Shown here piece after piece: positions 49,258 to 59,033 of a DNA stretch of 62,254 nucleotides. Below the pieces are notes generated by a model, which saw nothing but the letters and a program-made list of their open reading frames with translations, had not been told where the DNA came from and searched no databases. This DNA comes from Bacteroidales bacterium (GTDB lineage: Bacteria > Bacteroidota > Bacteroidia > Bacteroidales > ML635J-15): NCBI GenBank assembly GCA_028702675.1, contig JAQVOJ010000003.1, positions 3,623 through 65,876 on the forward strand. The letters run 5' to 3'. The stretch's first letter is position 1. Every line of letters begins with the position of its first letter. A program made the position numbers and the translations under genes.

Positions 49258-50241
49258 CTAAAAAGATGGGCATGATATTATCTTTAACTTATTTTTTGGT
49301 GCACGACAACCAAATACGTAAGCAAAAGATACCTCATGAGCACCGTATGTTGAATTTCTTAATCTGGATACAGTCATATCATAACTATATGCGAATCTAA
49401 TATTATCTTGTCTAAAACCGACTAACATAATAAATGAGTCGTATTGAAAATTGAAATTTTGACGTAACCAAAATCCTGCAACTATAGATTTTCTATTAAC
49501 ATATAATCCCCAATTAAACTGTTGAAATTGTCCTTGTTGGTGGAAAAGTAACTGTGGTGCAATAGATAACTCTCCTCTTTTAAAGCTCTTATGATTAATA
49601 GGTATATCTGTACCAAAGTGCACAGTATATTTTCTTGGCAATACAGCATCACTTCCTCTTAAAAATGATTCTGAGGGTTCGGTTAGGTGATGTACTGCAA
49701 TACCAAAAAAGGTACTCTCGCTAAAACCAATTAATCCAACCGAAAAGTCAAAATAATTTCTATGGTCGTTTACCAAATTTGCATCTTCCTGAGTAGAATA
49801 AATTGGTCCATATAATGGATGTATCATATCAGGAAAAATAAAGTCCCACTTTATAGATTTCATTATAAACGAAGCTTGAAATCCGGCTGCTATCGCAAAA
49901 TTTCTTGCAACAGGCAATGTGTAAGAGTACATTGCGTTTATTTGGTTTGAGGTAATAGTTCCATCACCTTGTACATCACTTAAAAAGTGTAAACCAACAC
50001 CACCTTGTAAAATGTTAACATGTTGGTCATACGAAGCACTATAAGTAACATAGGTTGGACCTAATGCCGGCCACTGATTGCGATATCCAAGCGATACTCT
50101 TGGGCATCGTTCCGAACCTGCAAATGCTGGATTCAGATGTAGTGGATTCGCGTAAAACTGAGAAAAATGTGCATCTTGCGCACTTATCCCGCTTGCTATT
50201 CCGAGTGTAATTACACTGAGTAAAAGTATACGTCTTATCAT
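49258..50241 (-). CDS. porP: PorP/SprF family T9SS membrane protein
   Basis: AQDAHFSQFYANPLHLNPAFAG N-terminal signature and a beta-barrel-like remainder. Confidence 0.9.
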   Translation of the reverse strand: MIRRILLLSVITLGIASGISAQDAHFSQFYANPLHLNPAFAGSERCPRVSLGYRNQWPALGPTYVTYSASYDQHVNILQGGVGLHFLSDVQGDGTITSNQINAMYSYTLPVARNFAIAAGFQASFIMKSIKWDFIFPDMIHPLYGPIYSTQEDANLVNDHRNYFDFSVGLIGFSESTFFGIAVHHLTEPSESFLRGSDAVLPRKYTVHFGTDIPINHKSFKRGELSIAPQLLFHQQGQFQQFNWGLYVNRKSIVAGFWLRQNFNFQYDSFIMLVGFRQDNIRFAYSYDMTVSRLRNSTYGAHEVSFAYVFGCRAPKNKLKIISCPSF

Positions 50242-50372
50242 GCCTTTATGTATTGAGCGACAATTTGCAATATTACAAATATTTTGGTTTAAAATAAAAT
50301 ATCAATTACAATAATAGTATATTTTTAGCGTTTTTGAAAAAAACTTTTGAATCTTTTTTAAAAAAAAATCAA

Positions 50373-53300
50373 ATGAGGGTAAATGTTAAATTATATAAAA
50401 TTCTAATAATAATTATAGCAATCTTTGGCAAAAGTTATATGAGCGACGTAAAATCGCAGAATATAAATGTCTCTGATAGTATTGCTTTAATTGATAATAT
50501 TACATGGTATTATAGCGAAAATGATAGGCAAAATGTTTTAATTTTTGAAAATTTTCATGGTTCAAATCAAAATAATCTTCCAATTTATTTTCATAAAGAG
50601 AAAATTAACACAAAAAAAACTGTTTCAGATTTAAAAATTGTTAACGCTAAATGGAAAATTGTTGATAAGAATAAATTGAAGGGTGTAAAATTTTTAGATG
50701 AGATTGGAGAAAACCCTTCAATTGAGACTTATGTTAGTACTGCACGGAAAGAATATTTTTTGAATTTTGAGTTAATACCTTTAAGAAAAAACCCCGAAAC
50801 AGGTGAAATAGAGCAGCTTACGTATTTCGAAGTGGAAATTTCGCTTAGCAATACTAAAAACTTAAATAAAACACATCAGTTTGCATCAAGCTCAATATTG
50901 TCGCAAGGTAAATGGTTTAAATTCGCTGTGAGCAATTCCGGTATATATAAATTCACTTATCAGCAAATAATCGATATGGGATTTACTGATGTGTCGAATA
51001 TTGGGATTTTTGGTTTTGGTGGATTATTACCTCAAAATAGCAATGAACATTTTTATGATGATTTACCTGAAAGACCGTGTTTCTTAATGGATCAGAACAA
51101 TGATGGTATTTTTAATCAAGGAGATTATTTATTATTTTACGCAGAAGGTGCTGATAACTATTATTATCCAAATCTAAATAGTACTGTTCGGCACGAAAAA
51201 CATTATTATTCCGATAAAGCCTATTATTTTGTTAGCGATAGAGGAAGCTTAAAACAAGCTCAGCAAATTCCTCCTTCATCAGGACCAAATGTATTTGTTA
51301 ATAGTTTTGATGATTATTTGGTTAGTGAGGTAGATAGTGTTAATGTCGCTCACATGGGTAGAACATGGTATTGGAAGCATTTCGATTATTATACCACTCA
51401 TTCATTTAATCAAAGGTTTCCTAATAGAATTTTAGAAGAGCCAATAAGTATTGATATTAATGTGGCTGCTCGAAGCTCTAACAATAGTAGTTTCGATGTT
51501 AAGTGTAATGGATTAAGTCTTGGTAGTATTAATATTCCGTATATTACAGGACAATATTCTGCTCCTTATGCAAAAGATAAAACACAAACATTCAATTTTC
51601 AAACGACAGGAGATGATCTTAATATTCAAATTACTTATAATAAAACTGCAAGCGATAGCGAAGGATGGTTGAATTTTGTAAGAACAAATGTGAGGAGAGA
51701 GCTAAAAATGAATGGCGATTTTATGCTTTTTAGAGATACAAGAATTGTTGATAGTTTAAATGTAGCTCAATTTACTATTCAGAATGCCGGTAATAATTAT
51801 GTTGTTTTAGATATAACAAATCCTGTTGAAGCTGGTATTATTAGTACATCGGTAAGTGGAGATAATACAGTATTTATTGACGAAGCTTCTGAGCTTAAAG
51901 AGTATGTTATATTTAATAAAGATGGGAGTTTCCCTTCTCCTGATGTTACGGGAGTGGGGACAGGATTAATAAATAACCAAAACTTGCATGCCTTAAATAA
52001 TCCCGATTTAATAATAGTAAGCTACAGCGGATTTAAAACTTATGCTCAACAACTTGCTACTTTGCATGAAAATTATAGAGGACTTGATGTAATTGTGGTA
52101 ACTCCGCAAGATATATATAATGAATTTTCGAGTGGCACAACAGATATTACTGCTATAAGGAATTTTGTTAAAATGTTTTATGATAGAGCTTCGTCTAATT
52201 CAGAAATACCCGAAAGCTTATTATTATTTGGTAATGGTAGTTTTGATAATAAGGCTACTCCAGGTACTCACGGAAATTTTGTACCTACATATCAGGCTTT
52301 GCAATCATTTTTACCAAGTGGTTCTTTTGTGTGCGACGATTATTATGTATTACTAGATGATGGCGAAGGAGTGGTGGATGGTACCGAAGATTTAGACATG
52401 GGTGTAGGTAGGCTTACTGTGAAATCTGCAAACGAAGCTCAAATTGTATTAAATAAAATTACTGATTATTATGAGCAAATGCATTACGGAAATTGGCGAA
52501 ATGTCGTGTGTTTTATTGGTGATGATGCCGAAGATTTTGTTACTCATCAAGAGCAAACTAATAAATTAGCTAAACAAGTAGAAGAAAATTATCCAGTATA
52601 TAATGTAAATAAATTATTCCTTGATGCTTACGAACAAATTCAAACTGTGCAGGGAGCCAGATATCCCGAAGTTAACGAGTTGATTGATAACCAAGTAAAA
52701 AGAGGAGCTCTTATTGTAAATTATACAGGTCATGGAAATACAAAAACTCTTGCTCATGAAGTTGTTGTTGACTTAAGTCAAATAAATTCATGGAATAACA
52801 ACGATAGACTTGCAATATTTGTTACTGCCACTTGTGAGTTCTCTAGATTTGATGATTATGAAATTGTTTCAGCAGGAGAGCAAATTTTGCTTAATGAAAA
52901 TGGTGGTGGAATTGCTCTTTTTTCAACAACTAGATTAGTACATGCTCAAAGTAATTATGAATTAAATAAAAGATTCTATAATCATATTTTTGAAAAAGAC
53001 GAAAATTTACAAGCATATCCATTAGGATATACAATAATGCATGCTAAAAACAATTTGCCTAATGACGGAAATAAAAGAAACTTTGCTTTACTTGGTGATC
53101 CTGCTCTTATACCTGCAATACCTCAGTATAATATTGTTACTACAACCATAAACGGAATTGACGCTAATGTATTTACAGATACTGTCTCAGCACAAAGCTT
53201 GGTTACAGTTTCGGGCTATGTAGCCAACCAATATGGAAGTATTATGGATAATTTTAATGGCGTTTTATTCCCCACAGTTTACGATAAAAGAATGGATTTT

Positions 53301-54203
53301 CAAACACGAAGCAACGATGGAAAAGAGCCATTAGACTATACTCTTCAAAATAATATTTTGTTTAAGGGAAAAGCTAGTATCACAAATGGTGAATTTAGTT
53401 TTCAATTTATTGTGCCTGTTGATATTGCTTATTTTTATGATTATGGAAAAATTAGCTATTATGCTATGAAAGATAACCAGGATGCTCATGGGTTTTATAA
53501 TGGTATTGTAATTGGAGGATCTGCCGACGACTTAATTACTGAAAACGATGGTCCTGAAATAGAACTTTATATGAATAACGAAGATTTTGTGATAGGTGGT
53601 ATTACAGATGAAAATCCCAATATTTTTGCTTTTGTAAGTGATAGTTCAGGTATAAACACCGTTGGAAGTGGGATTGGACACGATATTACGGCAGTTCTTG
53701 ACGAAAATACAAGTAATACAATAATTTTAAATGAGTATTATGAATCAGAACTCGATGACTACACCAGAGGGTTAATTAATTATCCGTTTAATTCTTTGCC
53801 ACTTGGTCCTCACACTCTTAAACTCAAAGTTTGGGACGTACTGAATAATTCATCAGAAGCTAATACAGAATTTATTGTTGCCAGTAGCAGTGAGTTAGTA
53901 ATTGATCATGTGTTTAATTATCCTAATCCCTTTTCTACTAATACCGAATTTTATTTCGAACATAATCAACCAAACAATCCTCTCGATGTACTGATTCAGG
54001 TATTTACAGTTTCAGGGAAGCTAGTAAAATCTCTTGAAGCTGTTGTCGTTTCTGACGGTTTTAGAAGCCAGCCCATAGCTTGGAATTCCCTTGATGATTA
54101 CGGTGATAAATTAGCAAAAGGTGTTTATGTGTACAGGTTAAAAGTAAGAGCTCCTAATGGAAATGTAGTAGATAAATTTGAAAAACTTGTTATATTAAAC
54201 TAA
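50373..54203 (+). CDS. porU: T9SS sortase PorU (C25-type cysteine peptidase)
   Basis: Gingipain-like catalytic region (NYTGHGN His, FVTATCEFSRFD Cys), size about 1270 aa, and its own C-terminal CTD-like domain. ATG at 50373 is preferred over TTG at 50334. Confidence 0.9.
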   Translation: MRVNVKLYKILIIIIAIFGKSYMSDVKSQNINVSDSIALIDNITWYYSENDRQNVLIFENFHGSNQNNLPIYFHKEKINTKKTVSDLKIVNAKWKIVDKNKLKGVKFLDEIGENPSIETYVSTARKEYFLNFELIPLRKNPETGEIEQLTYFEVEISLSNTKNLNKTHQFASSSILSQGKWFKFAVSNSGIYKFTYQQIIDMGFTDVSNIGIFGFGGLLPQNSNEHFYDDLPERPCFLMDQNNDGIFNQGDYLLFYAEGADNYYYPNLNSTVRHEKHYYSDKAYYFVSDRGSLKQAQQIPPSSGPNVFVNSFDDYLVSEVDSVNVAHMGRTWYWKHFDYYTTHSFNQRFPNRILEEPISIDINVAARSSNNSSFDVKCNGLSLGSINIPYITGQYSAPYAKDKTQTFNFQTTGDDLNIQITYNKTASDSEGWLNFVRTNVRRELKMNGDFMLFRDTRIVDSLNVAQFTIQNAGNNYVVLDITNPVEAGIISTSVSGDNTVFIDEASELKEYVIFNKDGSFPSPDVTGVGTGLINNQNLHALNNPDLIIVSYSGFKTYAQQLATLHENYRGLDVIVVTPQDIYNEFSSGTTDITAIRNFVKMFYDRASSNSEIPESLLLFGNGSFDNKATPGTHGNFVPTYQALQSFLPSGSFVCDDYYVLLDDGEGVVDGTEDLDMGVGRLTVKSANEAQIVLNKITDYYEQMHYGNWRNVVCFIGDDAEDFVTHQEQTNKLAKQVEENYPVYNVNKLFLDAYEQIQTVQGARYPEVNELIDNQVKRGALIVNYTGHGNTKTLAHEVVVDLSQINSWNNNDRLAIFVTATCEFSRFDDYEIVSAGEQILLNENGGGIALFSTTRLVHAQSNYELNKRFYNHIFEKDENLQAYPLGYTIMHAKNNLPNDGNKRNFALLGDPALIPAIPQYNIVTTTINGIDANVFTDTVSAQSLVTVSGYVANQYGSIMDNFNGVLFPTVYDKRMDFQTRSNDGKEPLDYTLQNNILFKGKASITNGEFSFQFIVPVDIAYFYDYGKISYYAMKDNQDAHGFYNGIVIGGSADDLITENDGPEIELYMNNEDFVIGGITDENPNIFAFVSDSSGINTVGSGIGHDITAVLDENTSNTIILNEYYESELDDYTRGLINYPFNSLPLGPHTLKLKVWDVLNNSSEANTEFIVASSSELVIDHVFNYPNPFSTNTEFYFEHNQPNNPLDVLIQVFTVSGKLVKSLEAVVVSDGFRSQPIAWNSLDDYGDKLAKGVYVYRLKVRAPNGNVVDKFEKLVILN

Positions 54204-54253
54204 TTTATATTTTTGTGCTACAAAATATTTGTTACCAACTATCGTTAATTGTT

Positions 54254-54261
54254 TATATTTG
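54254..54261 (+). promoter_or_regulatory. Candidate -7 promoter box TATATTTG for porV
   Basis: TAnnTTTG match 19 nt upstream of the ATG at 54280. It lies inside the TTG-extended ORF, supporting the shorter start. Confidence 0.35.
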
Positions 54262-54279
54262 TTTAAGATTAATAATAAT

Positions 54280-55542
54280 ATGAATAAAGTAATTTTTGTT
54301 TTTGTTCTAGCTTTAAGCTTAGTATATCAGTCATTTGCACAAAGCGAAAACCCTAATGAGATTTTTAAGGATGATCCTATCGGTAGAAGTGCACCAAACA
54401 CAATAACTACTGCAGTCCCATTTTTGATGATTGCTCCCGATTCTAGAGCCGGAGGTATGGGTGATGCTGGAGCCGCAACTAGTCCCGATGTTAATTCAAT
54501 GCACTGGAATCCATCAAAATATATGTTTTGTGAGAACGAAATGGGAGTGGCAATATCTTATACTCCCTGGTTAAGACAACTAGTACCGGATATGAATATA
54601 GGACATATTGTAGGTTACTATAAATTAGACGCCGAAAACACACTAGCGGCTTCCTTAACTTATTTTTCGCTGGGTAGTATCACATTTACCGATATTGTAG
54701 GTAGCACAATTCGAGACTTTACACCTAATGAGTTTTCTATAGATTTTGCATATTCAAGATTATTAGGTAAAAAATTTAGTGGTGCTGTAGCGGTAAGATA
54801 TATTCATTCTAATCTTACCGGTGGAATCTCTAATAGCGGAGCTGAATCGCATCCCGGTAATTCAGTTGCTGCTGATGTAGCTTTTTTCTATAAAAGTGAT
54901 AATATCAAACTTGCCGGAATGAATTCTAATCTTATGTGGGGTTTAAATATTTCAAATATTGGTAATAAGATGTCTTATACATCTAACGATTTAAGATATT
55001 TCTTACCTACAAATTTTAGAATGGGAATAGCTTATTCGCTAGAACTGGATGAATATAATAAATTGATGCTTACAGTAGATATGAATAAACTACTTGTTCC
55101 TACACCCCCCGTATATAGAAAAGATACTGCAGGTTGGGTTTACGATGACAATGGAAATTATGTAATTGATTATGGAAAAGATCCTAATATTTCTGTACCG
55201 GCAGCTCTGTTTAGTTCGTGGACTGATGCACCCGGAACAAATTCTCCTTTTGCACAAGATGGTTCACCGTCTGTATTTCGTGAGGAATTTGCAGAGATAC
55301 AGTGGAGCATTGGTTTAGAGTATTGGTATTCTAATGTATTTGCATTAAGAGCCGGATATTTTAACGAACATCAGTATAAAGGTAATCGTAAATATTTTTC
55401 TATGGGTGCAGGGCTTAAACTTAATGTTTTTGGTCTCGACTTTGCTTATTTAATACCTACATCGCAACAGCATCCACTTCAAAATACACTCAGATTTACA
55501 TTGACATTTGATATTGCGGGATTAAATGAAGAAGGTAGTTAG
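54280..55542 (+). CDS. porV: T9SS outer-membrane shuttle/channel protein PorV (LptO)
   Basis: Signal peptide MNKVIFVFVLALSLVYQSFAQ. FadL-like beta-barrel pattern with the SAPNTITTAVPFLMIAPDSRAGGMGDAG signature. Immediately downstream of porU. Confidence 0.9.
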   Translation: MNKVIFVFVLALSLVYQSFAQSENPNEIFKDDPIGRSAPNTITTAVPFLMIAPDSRAGGMGDAGAATSPDVNSMHWNPSKYMFCENEMGVAISYTPWLRQLVPDMNIGHIVGYYKLDAENTLAASLTYFSLGSITFTDIVGSTIRDFTPNEFSIDFAYSRLLGKKFSGAVAVRYIHSNLTGGISNSGAESHPGNSVAADVAFFYKSDNIKLAGMNSNLMWGLNISNIGNKMSYTSNDLRYFLPTNFRMGIAYSLELDEYNKLMLTVDMNKLLVPTPPVYRKDTAGWVYDDNGNYVIDYGKDPNISVPAALFSSWTDAPGTNSPFAQDGSPSVFREEFAEIQWSIGLEYWYSNVFALRAGYFNEHQYKGNRKYFSMGAGLKLNVFGLDFAYLIPTSQQHPLQNTLRFTLTFDIAGLNEEGS

Positions 55543-55547
55543 GATTT

Positions 55548-56030
55548 ATGAAATTCCGTACAGGCATAGGTTACGATGTACATCAACTTGCAGATAATAT
55601 CCCACTTGTTTTAGGAGGCGTAAAAATCCCATACCATAAAGGTTGTGTCGCTCATTCCGATGGAGATGTGTTAATTCACGCAATATGTGATGCATTATTT
55701 GGAGCTGCAGCAATGCGGGATATCGGTTATCATTTTCCAGACAATGATTCAAAGTACAAAGGAATAAGCAGTATAATTCTACTTAAAGAATGTGTTTTTA
55801 TGATTAAGAATGCCGGATACGAGATTGCTAATATTGATGCTACTGTTTGTTTGCAAAAACCAAAATTATCACCTTTTATTCCTAAAATGATTAATTGCCT
55901 TAGTAAACAAATGAATATCGAAATAGAGCAAGTAAATATTAAAGTTACTACTACTGAAAAATTGGGATTTGTTGGAAGAGAAGAGGGTATAAGTGCTCAG
56001 GCTATTGCTTTAATTTTTAAACATGAGTAA
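55548..56030 (+). CDS. ispF: 2-C-methyl-D-erythritol 2,4-cyclodiphosphate synthase
   Basis: GIGYDVHQL, HSDGDVLIHA and DIG..FP motifs. Confidence 0.94.
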   Translation: MKFRTGIGYDVHQLADNIPLVLGGVKIPYHKGCVAHSDGDVLIHAICDALFGAAAMRDIGYHFPDNDSKYKGISSIILLKECVFMIKNAGYEIANIDATVCLQKPKLSPFIPKMINCLSKQMNIEIEQVNIKVTTTEKLGFVGREEGISAQAIALIFKHE

Positions 56031-56349
56031 ATTAATCACTAATTTAGATGAGTACAAGCTTGTTGTAAAAAGAGATAAGTTGTCATTTATTTATTTTAAA
56101 AACGATAAATGCTCTGTTTGCGATTCATTGTTTCCACAGCTAAAGTCAATTATTGATAATTGGGAAGAGGAATTATTTGTTATTGATTGTAATCTCAACC
56201 CTGAAATAGCAGCACAGAATTTGGTTTTGAGTGTTCCTGCTCTTAAAGTATTTTATAATAATTTGGAACTTATTAGTATGCTTCGTTTTGTAGAATTACA
56301 CAAGCTTAAGCAAGAATATTATAAAATTAAACAAATATTGCAAGCTTAG
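56023..56349 (+). CDS. Thioredoxin-fold protein (CxxC)
   Basis: 108 aa with a CSVC motif at the position expected for a thioredoxin-like active site. 8-nt overlap with ispF. Confidence 0.65.
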   Translation: MSKLITNLDEYKLVVKRDKLSFIYFKNDKCSVCDSLFPQLKSIIDNWEEELFVIDCNLNPEIAAQNLVLSVPALKVFYNNLELISMLRFVELHKLKQEYYKIKQILQA

Positions 56350-56400
56350 TATTTGTAGATTACTAATTAGTAAAAATTCAATCAATATATTTTAATAATC

Positions 56401-56961
56401 TTATCTAAAATATATTGAATCGTATATAAAATTATCATGATGATGTCCGTATTCCATTTCTGTTTCAGAGTTTATTTTGCTTTTTATGCAGTCTATTGAA
56501 GGTAAGTATGGTTTTATGTCTAATACCGGAGTTTTGTCAAACATATCTATTCCTGAAACATGTAAAACACCATTTTCAATTTTTTCTAACTTTACAATAG
56601 AAAACCCTATTGGGTTTGGTCTTTTCGGACTCCTTGTAGCAAATATGCCGAATTCATATTTTGAGCCTGGAGGATTTTCGCTTATAATCCATGATTTAAC
56701 CTCATGAAAATGATAAATGACAATAATATATTCAAAATTCTCTAATTTACTTAGTCCATCAATATATTCAGAGTATATTATTATTTTACCTTTACTATCG
56801 GGTTTTAATATCCCTTGTCGGGGTGCTCCAATATATCTTGTATAGTCTGAGTTAACTATTCCAATTGAAGAGTATTGTATTTGATTATCATGTGTTTGAG
56901 CATTTAAACCTAAGCTTAAATTTAAAATAAAGTAAGTTACTGTGATAAATCTGATAATTAT
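56401..56961 (-). CDS. TrmO/TsaA (YaeB, UPF0066) family tRNA m6t6A37 methyltransferase homologue; start codon unresolved
   Basis: My own minus-strand translation gives an uninterrupted frame from 56973 to the TAA at 56401-56403. It contains IGIVNSDY..APRQG, FGIFATRSPKRPNPIGFS and TPVLDIKPYLP motifs. There is no ATG/GTG/TTG before the catalytic core, so it is missing from the ORF track. Confidence 0.75.
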   Translation of the reverse strand: MIIRFITVTYFILNLSLGLNAQTHDNQIQYSSIGIVNSDYTRYIGAPRQGILKPDSKGKIIIYSEYIDGLSKLENFEYIIVIYHFHEVKSWIISENPPGSKYEFGIFATRSPKRPNPIGFSIVKLEKIENGVLHVSGIDMFDKTPVLDIKPYLPSIDCIKSKINSETEMEYGHHHDNFIYDSIYFR

Positions 56962-56965
56962 ACTG

Positions 56966-59020
56966 TTATTTAATTATTTCTAAAGCTTTATTTACAGCAT
57001 TAAGCGTAGGTTTGCCTGATATGATTGTTCCAACAGCCCCTTTCATCCATTCTTGCGGAATTATTTGACCTTGCAGAAGCATTCTTGAAATTTCATCAGC
57101 AAAATTTTTATCTTCGATATATTCTTCAATTTGAAATTCAATTAAATGCCCGATTGGATAATTAGCCAGATAAAGAGGTGAAGCAATCATATGAGAGTAA
57201 ATAGCAAGTATTGGGCTGTTTTCTATGCCAAAAACGGGAGCATAATAATTATTCCAGACTTCTGTAGCAATATTTATTACAGCATCTTTAAGCTGGGCCG
57301 GAGTAGCTTCAGGATTTTCGTACATCCATTGCCATACATACATATCTACAAGCGAAACTCCCATGATTTCGTATGCCGACCAGCAATTATCAAGAGCAGC
57401 CAATGCATCACTTTCAGTTTTATCAATATTGTTTTCGGTACCTAATAGTTTTAAATCGTTTGCTTGAAACATAAATGCAACAGCTTCGGTAAAAGCGGTA
57501 TTTGGTACACCATGTAGCATATAATAATCGATATCGTAAAGCGTGATTGTTTGCTCTACATTGTGCCCCAGCTCATGAACAGCAATATTGTATCCTTTAT
57601 AATCCATGCCGGTTTCTGGTATTCGTGTTCTTAAGTGTGCTTTTTCTCCTTTCATCTCTGCACCCCATGCATGTCCCGCTCCTCGTGCCGGATCAACGAT
57701 TATTTTGCTTGAAATGTCTTCAGCTTTCTTGTCTGTCCATCCTAGTGTTTGCAACATACGTGGGATGTCGTTTTCGAAAGCTTCAGGATTAGGGTATTTG
57801 TTACTTGTAATTTCGGTAAGAGCATCTTCGTTTATGTTTGTTCTCGCTTTAAAACCATCGTACCAAATATCATATGGTCTGAGGTCTCTCCCAATACGGG
57901 ATTTTATTAAATCTGCTACTTGTTTAATTTCAGGAGCTGTAATAAAGGATACAAATAAATCTTCAATTTCTTTTTGAGTTAGTTCCATATTACGGTCGTA
58001 TGCCCTTTCTATATAGCTTGGATATACAGGATTGTATGCATCCATTGCAGATTGTGCTTTAAAGTTTTCCAGCAAATGAAAATATCTGGTGTCCGGTTCT
58101 TTATCAATCTGTGTTTCTTTACCATCCTTATAAACTTTATTAGTTTCCGGATTCCATTCATAGTTATCAGAATTAATTATTTCAGAAGGTATATCCTGAT
58201 TAATAATCCTAAGCATTACATTATAAATCATTTCCTGTTTCTTAATTCCGTTTTCTCTATTATAATTTGATTTCAGTTCGTCTCGCAAACCCCAGTGTGT
58301 AATGAGCTTCATGTTTTCGGGGAAATGAGTATTAAAATCTGCATCAACAAGTTTTCCCATATATATATTGTATTCAGCAATGTATGAATCGGCATTTGTT
58401 TCGGCAGTAGCTGCTTTTTGAATCAAATCTGCCGGAATTCTTGAAATAAACATATCTCCCATTCTGGCATAAGCCCAGTCTATGCGTGTCCAGTTTTCTG
58501 CAAATTCTACTTTTTCTTTAAGCGAGTAGGCAGGGAAATTTAATGCGATATAAAAAGCTAGTTTGTTTTGAAACAAATCGTCGGTAAGATGAGCTGATGG
58601 AGAATATGCACCCATAATATTATCAATGTGATGAATTTCACCCATATCAAGGTGTAAGGGTTCCATCAAACTTACCGTCATAGCGTTAAAATAGCCGTTA
58701 AGCACTTCAAAGTGTTGTTCAAGCTTATTATAGGCATTATCTAATTCTTTGTTATCATTAATAAAATAATCTAAGCAATATTGATTGAAATCTTCGAAAT
58801 TTCCATCCTGTTCTTGCCAAAGTGAGGCTACCTGATTTACACCACGCTCAATTCTGAATGAATTTGTTTCGCCGAATTTTTCAGATAATGCATTTATTGT
58901 TTCTGTGATTTGTTCTTCGTTAAACATTTTTATAATACTTGTAGAGTTATCATTTGAGTTATTGCATGCGCTAAAGACTAATGCTATAGCTATTAAGCTA
59001 AATATTATAAGTTTTCTCAT
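56966..59020 (-). CDS. Lipoprotein zinc metallopeptidase (HEXXH gluzincin; M2/M3-like)
   Basis: Lipobox LVFSACNN with ATG at 59020, which avoids overlap with hutU. VHELGHNVEQ plus a downstream TEAVAFMFQ Glu. Confidence 0.65.
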   Translation of the reverse strand: MRKLIIFSLIAIALVFSACNNSNDNSTSIIKMFNEEQITETINALSEKFGETNSFRIERGVNQVASLWQEQDGNFEDFNQYCLDYFINDNKELDNAYNKLEQHFEVLNGYFNAMTVSLMEPLHLDMGEIHHIDNIMGAYSPSAHLTDDLFQNKLAFYIALNFPAYSLKEKVEFAENWTRIDWAYARMGDMFISRIPADLIQKAATAETNADSYIAEYNIYMGKLVDADFNTHFPENMKLITHWGLRDELKSNYNRENGIKKQEMIYNVMLRIINQDIPSEIINSDNYEWNPETNKVYKDGKETQIDKEPDTRYFHLLENFKAQSAMDAYNPVYPSYIERAYDRNMELTQKEIEDLFVSFITAPEIKQVADLIKSRIGRDLRPYDIWYDGFKARTNINEDALTEITSNKYPNPEAFENDIPRMLQTLGWTDKKAEDISSKIIVDPARGAGHAWGAEMKGEKAHLRTRIPETGMDYKGYNIAVHELGHNVEQTITLYDIDYYMLHGVPNTAFTEAVAFMFQANDLKLLGTENNIDKTESDALAALDNCWSAYEIMGVSLVDMYVWQWMYENPEATPAQLKDAVINIATEVWNNYYAPVFGIENSPILAIYSHMIASPLYLANYPIGHLIEFQIEEYIEDKNFADEISRMLLQGQIIPQEWMKGAVGTIISGKPTLNAVNKALEIIK

Positions 59021-59033
59021 TTTCTTGATTTTA

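Noticed and set aside
56477-56707. 76-aa plus-strand ORF listed in the track.
   Set aside because: It lies antisense to the well-supported TrmO-like frame and has no recognisable motifs. It is a shadow ORF.
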